NCBI GenBank assembly: GCA_965203055.1
Contig: OZ241863.1
Span: 4,352,001-4,416,000, forward strand
DNA: 64,000 nt
Reading direction: 5' to 3'
Source: Spirochaetia bacterium
GTDB taxonomy: Bacteria > Spirochaetota > Spirochaetia > SZUA-6 > Bin103
The position numbers and the translations under genes were made by a program. Below are positions 38,656-47,833 of this stretch, in pieces (position 1 is the first letter of the stretch; each line of letters opens with the position of its first letter). The notes below the pieces were generated by a model. The model had not been told where the DNA came from. It ran no database searches and saw nothing but the letters and a program-made list of their open reading frames with translations.

Positions 38656-39080
38656 ACTTCTACGCCGTCCCGCAGCGCGCGCTGGACCAATTTGCGTATT
38701 CCTTCGGCTGCCGAGCGAAGTGGACTTACGCTCGCGTAATCGAAGTGCCGCCGGTGCGCGTACCGATCCTCGATCGACCAGCTCGCGAACGGATCGCCGG
38801 CCGGCAGCAACGACAGGTACTTCGCCCCTTTGTGACCGTCGACGGATGTGGCGAACTCGCTCCATAGCTTCGTGACATGCACCTTGTGTTCCGGCCTCGT
38901 CGGTACCCCATGAGGCGTCACCGGCATCATCTCTAAACCGCGCATTACCGCCTTCAAGCCGCATTCGGCGCTGAGCCCGTACAACTGATCCGCATTCGCC
39001 CAGCAATCGTTCCGAAAGAGCAGCTCGGCGTCTCGCCAGTGGCGGAGATGCGCGTCGTGGAAGTCTGCCGGGTAATCCAT
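38652..39080 (-). CDS. Small HEPN-like protein (first gene of triad)
   Basis: RHWRDAELL...NADQLYGLSAECGLKA (HEPN ExxxK helix), central HKVH, C-terminal WSIEDRY. Confidence 0.7.
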   Translation of the reverse strand: MDYPADFHDAHLRHWRDAELLFRNDCWANADQLYGLSAECGLKAVMRGLEMMPVTPHGVPTRPEHKVHVTKLWSEFATSVDGHKGAKYLSLLPAGDPFASWSIEDRYAHRRHFDYASVSPLRSAAEGIRKLVQRALRDGVEV

Positions 39081-39157
39081 GGTTCAGCGCCGAGTATCGC
39101 CGATTGCCGCATACAATGCCAGCTTGCCGGGTGAGTGCTGCCGGCGGGGATGGAGGT

Positions 39158-40414
39158 TCAGCCTTCGCCCTGCGGCGGGGGCGGCAGGCCGCGCGTCAAG
39201 CGGCGCCCGAGCAGCCGCGCCACCAGCATGAGCAGCGTGATGCCGGCGAACGCCAGAGCATAGGACAGGAACACGTGGCGGGTGCTGGCGCGGATCGAGA
39301 TCCAGCTTGCCGCCAGCGGACCGAGGCCGAAGCCGAGGCCGCCCACCAGGTTCTGCAGGCCGAACAGCACCCCCCGCCGGGCGCGCGCGCTGTGCGCCGA
39401 AAGGTAGGACTGCACGAACGGCTGCACGCTGCCGAGCGCGAACCCGCTCATCACGTAGAACAACGCGAACAGCGCCAAGTCCGAAGCGAGGAACGTGGGC
39501 AGCGCCGCCAGCGCCCCGACCCCGGCGCTGGCGGCGATCAGCCACAGCTTGTCGAAGCGGTCTCCCAACCGCGCCAGGGTGACTCCCGCGGCGGCCGCCA
39601 CCGCCGCGGCCCCGGCCATGATCAAGCCGGTGACGGCGGCGTCTCCCGACGCCGCGGCGGCGGAGGTTCCGGCGCGCAGCTCGGCCACGTAGAGGGGCAC
39701 GAACGCCGTCGGCTGGGCGCGGGCGAAGCGCAACAGGAACATCACCGCGAACAGCAGCAGGAACGGCAGGCTCAGCAGCTCGCGCAGCGGCTGGCGGGCG
39801 GCGCGCGGCCGGGGCGCGGTGAGGCGCCGCCGCAACGCCGGCTCCCTGCCCGGCTCTTCGAGGAACAGCACCACCAGTACCAGTCCCGCGGCGACCACCC
39901 CGGCGCCGATGAAGAACGAGGAGCGGAACCCCAGCAGGTCGGCGGACACCCCGCCGATCAGCGGCCCGAGACTGGAGCCGATGAAGGTGGAGGAGCTCAT
40001 CAGCCCCAGCGCCCGGGTCAGGTGCACGCGCGGGGTGCCGGCCGCTATCAGCGTCGCCGAGGCGGTGACCGTGCCGGTGAACAGCCCTTGCAGCGCCCGC
40101 AGGACGAACACCGTCTGCACCGATTGGGCGAAGCCCAGGGCCACGGCCAGCAGCATGGCCGAGGCCAGGGCGCGGACGATCATCAGCTTGCGCCCGAAGC
40201 GGTCCGACACCAAGCCCCAGAACGGGGCCGCGAGGGCCATGGCCACGCCCGGCGCGGCCGCGGTGATCCCTACCCACAGCTTGAGCGAGCCGGGGTCGCT
40301 CACGCCCAGTTCGCGGATGAACAGCGGGATGAACGGCAGAATGAAGCCGAAGCCGGTGAGCGCCAGGATCTGCGCCAGCCAAGCCAGGTAGAGATTCTTG
40401 CGCCACTGCTCCAC
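39158..40414 (-). CDS. MFS transporter (MdtG/DHA1-like)
   Basis: WRKNL start, motif A WGLVSDRFGRKLM, LRALQGLF, GPLIGG. Confidence 0.9.
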   Translation of the reverse strand: MEQWRKNLYLAWLAQILALTGFGFILPFIPLFIRELGVSDPGSLKLWVGITAAAPGVAMALAAPFWGLVSDRFGRKLMIVRALASAMLLAVALGFAQSVQTVFVLRALQGLFTGTVTASATLIAAGTPRVHLTRALGLMSSSTFIGSSLGPLIGGVSADLLGFRSSFFIGAGVVAAGLVLVVLFLEEPGREPALRRRLTAPRPRAARQPLRELLSLPFLLLFAVMFLLRFARAQPTAFVPLYVAELRAGTSAAAASGDAAVTGLIMAGAAAVAAAAGVTLARLGDRFDKLWLIAASAGVGALAALPTFLASDLALFALFYVMSGFALGSVQPFVQSYLSAHSARARRGVLFGLQNLVGGLGFGLGPLAASWISIRASTRHVFLSYALAFAGITLLMLVARLLGRRLTRGLPPPPQGEG

Positions 40415-40613
40415 GGGCGTCCTCAGCGGGCGGCGGGGGCGGCCGCGACCGGCGGCACCGCGGCCGCTCCGTCAACCGCGCGCGGCGCGGCGGCGGGCGC
40501 TACGGCGGCGCGCCGCTCCCGCCGCCGCGGGCGGGCGCGCTTGCGGGGTGCGGCCCAAGAATGAGACACTATCCATTACCGGCGGATCATACGCCGCCGG
40601 CGCCTGAACGTCT

Positions 40614-42521
40614 GTGCCCAGCACCTCCACCTCCTCCACCTCCTCCACCTCCTCTACCGCGCCCGCCGCCGGCCACACCCAGTATTCCGCGCTGCGGATC
40701 AACCGCCGCTTTCTGGCCTACCTGGCGCCGCGCTGGCGGCGCGTGGCGGCGATCTACCTGGTAATGCTCCTCGGCACGGTCACCCTCACCGCCATCCCGC
40801 AGTTGGTGCGCTGGATCGTCGACCGCGGCATCGCGGAACAGGATCTCGCGGTGGTCTGGCGCGCGGTGGGCATACTCCTGCTGCTCGCGCTGCTGCGGGC
40901 GCTGCTGGCGTTCCTCATGGGCCGCTGGAGCGAGATGGTCTCGCAGGGGGTGGCCGCCACCCTGCGGCAGCAGATGTTCACCCGCTTCACGGCGATGTCG
41001 GTGTCCCTGATCAGCCGCATGGAGTCGGGCCAGCTCCTGCAGCGCGCGGTGCAGGACGTGGAGCGCATTCGCTTCCTTACCGGCCGCGCCGTGCTGCGCG
41101 TGGTGGACGCGGCGGTACTGTTCCTGGCCACGCTGGCGGTGCTGCTCGGCATGGACCCGCTGCTGGCCGTTCTGGCGCTGGCGACCATGCCGCTGCTGGC
41201 CTACCGCGGCTACCAGTACGGGCGCCGCCAGCGGCCTCTGGCGGCGCGGCTGCAGCAGCAGCTCGGCACCCTGACCTCGCTGCTGGAACAGAATCTGCGC
41301 GGCGTGCGGCTGGTCAAGGCGTTCGCCCAGGAACGGGCCGAGATCGGGCGCTTCGACGCCGACAACGACGTCTGGTTCGGCCTTGCCGCCGACAACGCTC
41401 GCCTGACCGCGGTAAACGCGCCGTTGCTCGACCTGATCGCCAACCTGGGGCTGGTGCTGGTAATCGGCGCGGGCGGCGTGTTCACCATCAATGGGAGCCT
41501 TACCATCGGCGAGCTGGTGGCGTTTACCACCTACTTGACGCAGCTCTTCGCGCCGCTGCGCCGGGTCGGCCTGGTGATCCCGATGCTGGCGATGGCCGCC
41601 GCCTCCGGCGAACGCATCGCGGCCGTGCTCGACGCCCCCGACGGGGTTGAGGAGCGGCCCGACGCGGACGACCTGCCGCGGATTCGCGGCGCCGTAAAGA
41701 TGACCGGGGTCAGCTACCGCTACGGCGCCGACGGCGCCGCGCCCGCCAACACCGCCGCGCCCGCCGCCGGCGCGCCGCCCGCGGGCGGCGCCTGGGCGCT
41801 CCGCGACGTGGACCTGGAAGTGCCCGCCGGCACCACGGTCGCCCTGCTGGGAGCCACCGGCGCCGGCAAGACCACCCTGGCGGGGCTGGTGATGCGCCTC
41901 TACGACCCGGCCGCCGGCAGCGTCACCATCGACGGCCACGACCTGCGCCAGGTGACCGTCGCCTCGCTACGCTCCCAGATCGGGGTGGTGATGCAGGATC
42001 CGGTGCTGTTCGCCGCCAGCATCCGCGACAACATCGCCTTCGGCCGCCCATACGCCACCGACGCCGAGGTGCGCGCCGCGGCGCAGGCGGCGTGCATCCA
42101 CGACTTCGTGAGCGGGCTGGAGGAGGGCTACGCCACCATGGTGGGCGAGCGCGGCGTGACCCTGTCGGGCGGCCAGCGCCAGCGCATCGCCATTGCCCGC
42201 GCGCTGCTGGTGGAGCCGCGCATTCTGATCCTGGACGACGCCACCTCCAGCGTGGACGCGCACACCGAAGAGCTGATCCATGAGGCGTTGCGGCGGCTGC
42301 TGGCGGGACGCACCTCCTACGTGATCGCGCAGCGGCTGAGCACGCTGGAGCTGGCGGACGTGGTAGTGGTGCTGGACGAAGGGCGCATCACGGCGCGCGG
42401 CCGGCATGCGGAACTGATGGAGACCTCGCCCACCTACCGGGCCATCTGCCGCGAACAACTCCAGCGCGAGGGCGGCGAGGCGGGCGGCGGCCCGGACGGG
42501 GACGCGGAGGGCGCGGCGTGA
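40614..42521 (+). CDS. ABC exporter permease/ATPase, degenerate-site subunit
   Basis: TMD+NBD; GATGAGKT, LSGGQRQ, Walker B ILDDATS (E to D), IAQRL (H to Q). Confidence 0.92.
   Translation: MPSTSTSSTSSTSSTAPAAGHTQYSALRINRRFLAYLAPRWRRVAAIYLVMLLGTVTLTAIPQLVRWIVDRGIAEQDLAVVWRAVGILLLLALLRALLAFLMGRWSEMVSQGVAATLRQQMFTRFTAMSVSLISRMESGQLLQRAVQDVERIRFLTGRAVLRVVDAAVLFLATLAVLLGMDPLLAVLALATMPLLAYRGYQYGRRQRPLAARLQQQLGTLTSLLEQNLRGVRLVKAFAQERAEIGRFDADNDVWFGLAADNARLTAVNAPLLDLIANLGLVLVIGAGGVFTINGSLTIGELVAFTTYLTQLFAPLRRVGLVIPMLAMAAASGERIAAVLDAPDGVEERPDADDLPRIRGAVKMTGVSYRYGADGAAPANTAAPAAGAPPAGGAWALRDVDLEVPAGTTVALLGATGAGKTTLAGLVMRLYDPAAGSVTIDGHDLRQVTVASLRSQIGVVMQDPVLFAASIRDNIAFGRPYATDAEVRAAAQAACIHDFVSGLEEGYATMVGERGVTLSGGQRQRIAIARALLVEPRILILDDATSSVDAHTEELIHEALRRLLAGRTSYVIAQRLSTLELADVVVVLDEGRITARGRHAELMETSPTYRAICREQLQREGGEAGGGPDGDAEGAA
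40624..40658 (+). repeat. In-frame 9-bp tandem repeat (CCTCCACCT x3 plus partial)
   Basis: Units at 40624, 40633, 40642 and degenerate CCTCTACC at 40651; encodes a Ser/Thr tract. Confidence 0.85.
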
Positions 42522-44347
42522 GCTCGGCGTTCGGCGGCGGCGGTCCCAACAGCATGTTGCGCTCGTTCGGCGCCGCGCGCGGCGGCGGCTCCGCGGGCGC
42601 GTTGTGGCGGCTGCTGCGCTATCTGCGGCCGCATGGCGGGCGCATGGCCGCGGCGTTCGGCTGCATGATCGTCACCACCGGCCTCAGCCTGCTGGCGCCG
42701 CTGCTGATCAAGATCGCCATCGACGGCCCGATCGCCGCCGGCGACGTAGTCGGCCTGCTGGGGGTCGCCGCGGCGCTCGCCGGCACCTTCGCCGGCACCT
42801 ACGCGCTGGCGGCGCTGCAGCGCTATCTGCTCTCCTGGGTCGGGCAGCGGGTGCTCGCCACCCTGCGCGCGGAACTATTCCGCCACCTGCAGCGGCTGTC
42901 GGTGAGCTACCACGACCGGCACATCGTCGGGGTGACCATTTCGCACGTGATCGGCGACGTGGCGGTGATCAACGAGGCGCTGTCGCAGGGGCTGGTGGCG
43001 ATCGCCGGCGACACCCTGCTGCTGGCCGGCATCGTGGCGGCGATGTTGACCTTCGACCTGGAACTGGCGCTGGTCACCTTCGCCGTGGTGCCGCTGATGC
43101 TGCTGGCGACGTGGGTGTTTTCGCTGCGCGCGCGGCGCGCCTTCCGCATTACGCGGGAGCGGGTCGCCGGGGTGGTAGGCAACCTGGCCGAAGCGATTGC
43201 CGGGATGGGAGTGATCCAGGCGTTCGGCCAACAGCAGGTCGCCCGGCGCCGGTTTCAGGAGGTAAACGAGGCCAATCGCGACAGTCACGTGGCGGCCGCG
43301 TCGTTGACCTTCACCTTCATGCCCAGCGTGGAGCTGCTGGCGATGGCGGCGACCGCCGCAATCCTGCTGGTCGGCGGTCTGGCGGTGGCGCGCGGCGCGC
43401 TGACGCTGGGGGTGGTGGTGGCGTTCCTGGCCTACGTGAGCCGCTTCTTTCAGCCGGTTCAGGAGCTCAGCCAACTCTACGCCACCATGCAATCGGCCAT
43501 GGCCGGCGCCGAGAACGTGATGCGGCTGCTGGACACGAAGCCGGCGGTGCGCGACCGCCGCGGCGCCGCCGCGGGACCGGAGCCGTGGCAGCCGTGGCTT
43601 ACCGGGCGGGTGGAGCTGCGCGGCGTCGACTTTGCCTACCGCCCCGGCGCGCCGGTGCTGCAGGGAGTCGACTTGGTGATCGAAGCGGGCCGGACCGCGG
43701 CGCTGGTCGGTCCGACCGGCGCCGGCAAGACCACCATCGCCAGCCTCATCGCCCGCTTCTACGAGGTCAGCGCCGGCGCCGTGCTGCTCGACGGCCACGA
43801 CGTGCGCGACCTGGCGCAGGACAACCTGCGCCGCCACCTGGCGCTGGTGCCGCAGGAGCCGTTCCTGTTTGCCGGCACCATCCGCGACAACATCGCCTTT
43901 GGCCGGCCCGAGGCTGGCCCGGATGCGGTGGCCGCGGCCGGCGCCGCGGTGGGTCTGGACCGGTTCGTGGCCGGCCTGCCGCAGGGTTACGACACCGCGG
44001 TGACCGAGTTCGGACGCAACCTGTCGGTGGGCCAGCGCCAGCTCATCTCGGTGGCGCGCGCGGTGCTGGCCGATCCGCGCATCCTGATCATGGACGAGGC
44101 CACTTCGAGCATCGACTCGATCACCGAATCGATCATCCAGCGCGCCTTGCAGCGGTTGCTGGCGGGGCGCACCGCCATCATCATCGCCCACCGCCTGGCC
44201 ACCATTCGCAGCGCCGACGTGATCTTCGTCATCGACGGCGGGCGGGTGGTGGAGCGCGGCTCCCATGCCGGGCTGATGGCGAAGGACGGCCACTACGCGG
44301 CGCTCAACCGGCGCCAGATGACCGCTCTCGGGAGGGGCAGTCGATGA
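42518..44347 (+). CDS. ABC exporter permease/ATPase, partner subunit
   Basis: GPTGAGKT, LSVGQRQ, IMDEATS, IAHRL; GTGA overlap with partner. Confidence 0.92.
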   Translation: MSSAFGGGGPNSMLRSFGAARGGGSAGALWRLLRYLRPHGGRMAAAFGCMIVTTGLSLLAPLLIKIAIDGPIAAGDVVGLLGVAAALAGTFAGTYALAALQRYLLSWVGQRVLATLRAELFRHLQRLSVSYHDRHIVGVTISHVIGDVAVINEALSQGLVAIAGDTLLLAGIVAAMLTFDLELALVTFAVVPLMLLATWVFSLRARRAFRITRERVAGVVGNLAEAIAGMGVIQAFGQQQVARRRFQEVNEANRDSHVAAASLTFTFMPSVELLAMAATAAILLVGGLAVARGALTLGVVVAFLAYVSRFFQPVQELSQLYATMQSAMAGAENVMRLLDTKPAVRDRRGAAAGPEPWQPWLTGRVELRGVDFAYRPGAPVLQGVDLVIEAGRTAALVGPTGAGKTTIASLIARFYEVSAGAVLLDGHDVRDLAQDNLRRHLALVPQEPFLFAGTIRDNIAFGRPEAGPDAVAAAGAAVGLDRFVAGLPQGYDTAVTEFGRNLSVGQRQLISVARAVLADPRILIMDEATSSIDSITESIIQRALQRLLAGRTAIIIAHRLATIRSADVIFVIDGGRVVERGSHAGLMAKDGHYAALNRRQMTALGRGSR

Positions 44348-45168
44348 TCATCGCCACCTGGAACATCAACGGCATGCAGGCGCGGCTGGGGTTTCTGCGC
44401 CACTGGCTGCAGGCGCGGACCCCGGACCTGGTGCTGCTGCAGGAGCTGAAGCTGAGCGCCGACCGCTTCCCCCACGCCGAGCTGGAAGAGGCCGGCTACC
44501 GGGCGGTGGTCCACGGGCAGAAGAGCTGGAACGGGGTGGCGATTCTGGCCCGCGCCGCCGGCGCCGGCGCGCTGCGGCCGGTGACCCGCGGCCTGCCCGG
44601 GCTGGAGCGGCAGGGCGCCCGGCTGGTCGGCGCCGAGCTGGCCGCGCCCGGCGCCGAGCCGCTCTCCTGCATCTCGGTGTACGTGCCCAACGGGCGCAGC
44701 GCCGGGCACCCGGAATTCGCCCACAAGTTGGCGTTCCTCGATGGCTTGGCCGAGTTCCTGCGGCAGGAGTTGGCCGGTTCCCGCAACCTGGTGGTGGGCG
44801 GCGACTTCAACCTCTGTCCCGGCCCCCTCGACACCTGGGACGAGGCTGCCTGGGAAGGCCGGATCTTCCACACCGCGGAGGAGCGGGAGCGCTTCGCCGC
44901 GCTGGCCGCCCTCGGCCTCACCGACCTCTACCGGCGCCTCCATCCCGCCGGCAACCAGTTCTCCTGGTGGGACTACCGGGCCGGCAACTTCCACAAGAAC
45001 CTGGGGCTGCGCATCGACTTCCTGCTGGCCTCCGCCGCCGTGGCGGCGCGCACCCGGGCGGTGTGGATCGACCGCGAGTACCGCAAGAAGAAGGAGGGGA
45101 TGATCGCCAGCGATCACGCGCCGGTCCTCGCCGAGGTGCTGCCGTCCGCCGTTGGCGGGGAGTGCTGA
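44344..45168 (+). CDS. xth: Exodeoxyribonuclease III
   Basis: IATWNING, LLQELK, SVYVPNG, GGDFN, FSWWDYR, GLRIDFLL, SDHAPV; ATGA overlap. Confidence 0.95.
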   Translation: MIIATWNINGMQARLGFLRHWLQARTPDLVLLQELKLSADRFPHAELEEAGYRAVVHGQKSWNGVAILARAAGAGALRPVTRGLPGLERQGARLVGAELAAPGAEPLSCISVYVPNGRSAGHPEFAHKLAFLDGLAEFLRQELAGSRNLVVGGDFNLCPGPLDTWDEAAWEGRIFHTAEERERFAALAALGLTDLYRRLHPAGNQFSWWDYRAGNFHKNLGLRIDFLLASAAVAARTRAVWIDREYRKKKEGMIASDHAPVLAEVLPSAVGGEC

Positions 45169-45239
45169 GGGCGCGCGCCCGGCGGCCTGCCGGCAGGCCG
45201 GTTGCCACAACCGCGCCGCCGGTTCACCCTGTGCGGGAT

Positions 45240-45881
45240 ATGGCAGAGACAATCGCTCCCGAGGTGCACGCGTATCTGGACGGACTGGTGCCGCCGCGCC
45301 ATCCCGAGCTGGCCGCCATGGAACAGTGGGCGCGGGAACACCGCTTCCCGATCGTGGGGCCCGCCTCGGGCAACCTGTGCTACCTGGTGGCGCGCCTGAG
45401 CGGCGCGCGCCAAGTGTACGAATTGGGCTCCGGCTACGGCTACTCCACCGCCTGGTTCTGCCGCGCGGTGCGCGAGAACGGCGGCGGCTGCGTGCATCAC
45501 GTGGTCTGGAACGAGGACCTTTCGCAACGCGCCCGCGAGCACTTGGCAGCGCTGGGCTACGCCGACCTGGTGCGCTACCACGTGGGCGAGGCGGTGCAGG
45601 CGCTGCGCGCCGAAGCTGACGCCAGCTTCGACCTGATCTTCAACGACATAGACAAGGACGGCTATCCCGCGGCGCTGCCGGTGATCGCCGCCAAGCTGCG
45701 CCCCGGCGGCGTGCTGATCATCGACAACATGCTGTTGCGCGGGCGCATCTTCGATGCCCAGGCAAGCGGCGCCGATCTCGACGGGGTGCGCGAGTTCACC
45801 CGCATGATCACCGCTGACGATGCCTGGATCACCTCGCTGGTGCCGATCCGCGACGGCCTGATCGTCGCGCGGCGGCGTTGA
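45240..45881 (+). CDS. SAM-dependent O-methyltransferase
   Basis: ELGSGYGYST, FDLIFNDIDK..YP, LRPGGVLIIDN, PIRDGL. Confidence 0.9.
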   Translation: MAETIAPEVHAYLDGLVPPRHPELAAMEQWAREHRFPIVGPASGNLCYLVARLSGARQVYELGSGYGYSTAWFCRAVRENGGGCVHHVVWNEDLSQRAREHLAALGYADLVRYHVGEAVQALRAEADASFDLIFNDIDKDGYPAALPVIAAKLRPGGVLIIDNMLLRGRIFDAQASGADLDGVREFTRMITADDAWITSLVPIRDGLIVARRR

Positions 45882-45947
45882 CCCGCCGCGGGCCGCGGCG
45901 CCGCGCGCTTGCTTGCATGCGCCGGTCCGGCATGGCATAACGAGGCC

Positions 45948-46784
45948 ATGCCTGTTACCGATGCTCATCCGGGAATGGGGCGCGACCTGCGCTTCTTCCC
46001 GGTGGTCAACGACCGGCCTCGCCGCCTGACTCCCGAGCAGATCGCGCACTTCAATGCGCGCGGCTTCCTCTTTCCGCTGGAGCTGTTCGACGCCGAGGAG
46101 ACCGCCGCGCAGCGCGCCTACTTCGACCGGCTGCTGGCCATGGCGACCGCGGCCGGCCTGGACAACTACGCCGTCAACGGCTGGCACGACCACTGCCGCG
46201 GGCTGTACGACCTGGTGTGCCACCCGCGCGTGCTCGACTACGTGGAAGATCTCATCGGTCCCGACATCATCTGCGTCATGACCCACTACTTCTCCAAGAA
46301 CCCCACCGACAGCAAGGCGGTCTACTGGCACCAGGACGCCCAGTTCTGGCCCCTGACGCCGAGCAAGGTGGTCACCGCCTGGATCGCGATCGACGACGTG
46401 GACGCCGGCAACGGCGCCATGCAGCTCTGGCCCGGCACCCACCTGCGCGGCGTCATTCCGTTCGAATACGTCACCGACGAAGAAAACGGGGTGCTCAACG
46501 AGCACGTTCACAACCCGGAGCGGTTCGGCGCGCCGGTGCCGGTCGAGCTGCGCGCCGGCCAGCTCTCGCTGCACACCGACATGCTGCTGCACGGCTCGCT
46601 GCCCAATCGTTCCGGCCGGCGCCGGTGCGGCCTGACCATTCGCTACATGCCGCCGGACGTGCGCCGCGGCGACGAGGCGGAGCCGCGCGCCATCATCGCG
46701 CGCGGGCGCGATCCCGGCGGATACTGGCGCGCGGTGGAGCGCCCGGAGGCGGATGCCGTGCCCCCGCACCAACTCGCCGGGTAG
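45948..46784 (+). CDS. Phytanoyl-CoA dioxygenase (PhyH) family protein
   Basis: WHQD, TAWIAIDD...NGAM..PGTH, HGSLPN.S..RR. Confidence 0.9.
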   Translation: MPVTDAHPGMGRDLRFFPVVNDRPRRLTPEQIAHFNARGFLFPLELFDAEETAAQRAYFDRLLAMATAAGLDNYAVNGWHDHCRGLYDLVCHPRVLDYVEDLIGPDIICVMTHYFSKNPTDSKAVYWHQDAQFWPLTPSKVVTAWIAIDDVDAGNGAMQLWPGTHLRGVIPFEYVTDEENGVLNEHVHNPERFGAPVPVELRAGQLSLHTDMLLHGSLPNRSGRRRCGLTIRYMPPDVRRGDEAEPRAIIARGRDPGGYWRAVERPEADAVPPHQLAG

Positions 46785-46796
46785 CCGGCCGGGCTG

Positions 46797-47681
46797 ATGA
46801 GGCTCTACCTCGTCGACGGCACCTACGAACTGTTCCGCGCCTACTACGCCGACTTCCGCAACCACTCGGGAGCGGAGCAACGGCGCGCGGCGAACGGCGC
46901 GGTGCGCGGGTTGGTGCAGTCGCTGTTGGCGCTGCTGCGCCGCGAACGGATCGACCACATCGCGGTGGCGTTCGACCACGTCATCGAGTCGTTCCGCAAC
47001 GACCTCTTTTCCGGCTACAAGTCGAGCGCCGGCATGCCCGCCGAGCTGCTGGCGCAGTTCGCCGCGGCCGAAGAGGCGGTGCGCGGGCTCGGCGTGGTGG
47101 TGTGGCCGATGATCGAATTCGAGGCCGACGACGCGCTGGCCACGGCGGTCGCCCGCTGGGGCGGTCATCCGGCGGTCGACCAGATCATCATCTGTTCGCC
47201 GGACAAGGACCTTGCCCAGTTGGTGCAGGGCACCCGGATCATCACCCGCAACCGGCGGCGCGCCAGCGACCTGGACGAGGAGGGCGTGCGCCGGAAGTTC
47301 GGCGTGCCGCCGGTGTCGATTCCCGACTACCTCGCCCTGGTGGGGGACAGCGCGGACGGCATCCCCGGCATCCCGCGCTGGGGCGCCAAGTCCGCCGCCG
47401 CGGTACTGTCCCACTACGGGACGGTGGACGCGATTCCGCACCACGCCGCGCGCTGGGAGGTGGCGGTGCGCGGCCGGGAGGCGCTGGCCGACAACCTGCG
47501 CGCCGCGGTGGAAGACGTGCGGCTGTACCGCATGCTCACTACCCTGCGGCAGGACGTGCCGCTCGCCGAGGAGCTGGCCGATCTCGCCTGGGAAGGGGTG
47601 CCGCGCGCGCCGTTCCTGGACCTGTGCTCGCGTCTCGGCTTCCCGGAACTGAGCACTCGCCCGCATCGCTGGCGCGCCTGA
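46797..47681 (+). CDS. Stand-alone 5'-3' exonuclease / flap endonuclease
   Basis: LVDGTYELFRAYY, FEADD, SPDKD, ALVGDSADGIPG...GAKSA. Confidence 0.92.
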   Translation: MRLYLVDGTYELFRAYYADFRNHSGAEQRRAANGAVRGLVQSLLALLRRERIDHIAVAFDHVIESFRNDLFSGYKSSAGMPAELLAQFAAAEEAVRGLGVVVWPMIEFEADDALATAVARWGGHPAVDQIIICSPDKDLAQLVQGTRIITRNRRRASDLDEEGVRRKFGVPPVSIPDYLALVGDSADGIPGIPRWGAKSAAAVLSHYGTVDAIPHHAARWEVAVRGREALADNLRAAVEDVRLYRMLTTLRQDVPLAEELADLAWEGVPRAPFLDLCSRLGFPELSTRPHRWRA

Positions 47682-47715
47682 AACCCGCGCGGCCGGGCAG
47701 GGCCGGCAGCCCCTG

Positions 47716-47775
47716 AAAAGACCGTCAAAAGACCGTCCGGGCGCGCTTTGCAAAACGCGCGATACGGTATAGATT
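47716..47775 (+). promoter_or_regulatory. aapJ promoter region with 11-bp direct repeat and palindrome
   Basis: AAAAGACCGTC x2 (47716-47737); GCGCGCTTTG/CAAAACGCGC palindrome (47741-47760) over -35 TTGCAA; -10 candidate TAGATT (47770-47775). Confidence 0.55.
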
Positions 47776-47833
47776 AGTGGCAACCTGGGCTGTTCCAGGA
47801 TGATAGATCATACCGTTTCCGACGGGAGGTAAG

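Noticed and set aside
42604..45168. Apparent 854-aa fusion ending in Xth; similar over-extensions at 8124, 15380, 39006, 59797, 61305 and 61731
   Set aside because: Upstream parts are off-frame overlaps with neighbours; real starts are 44344, 8649, 15752, 38655, 59518, 62532 and 61260.
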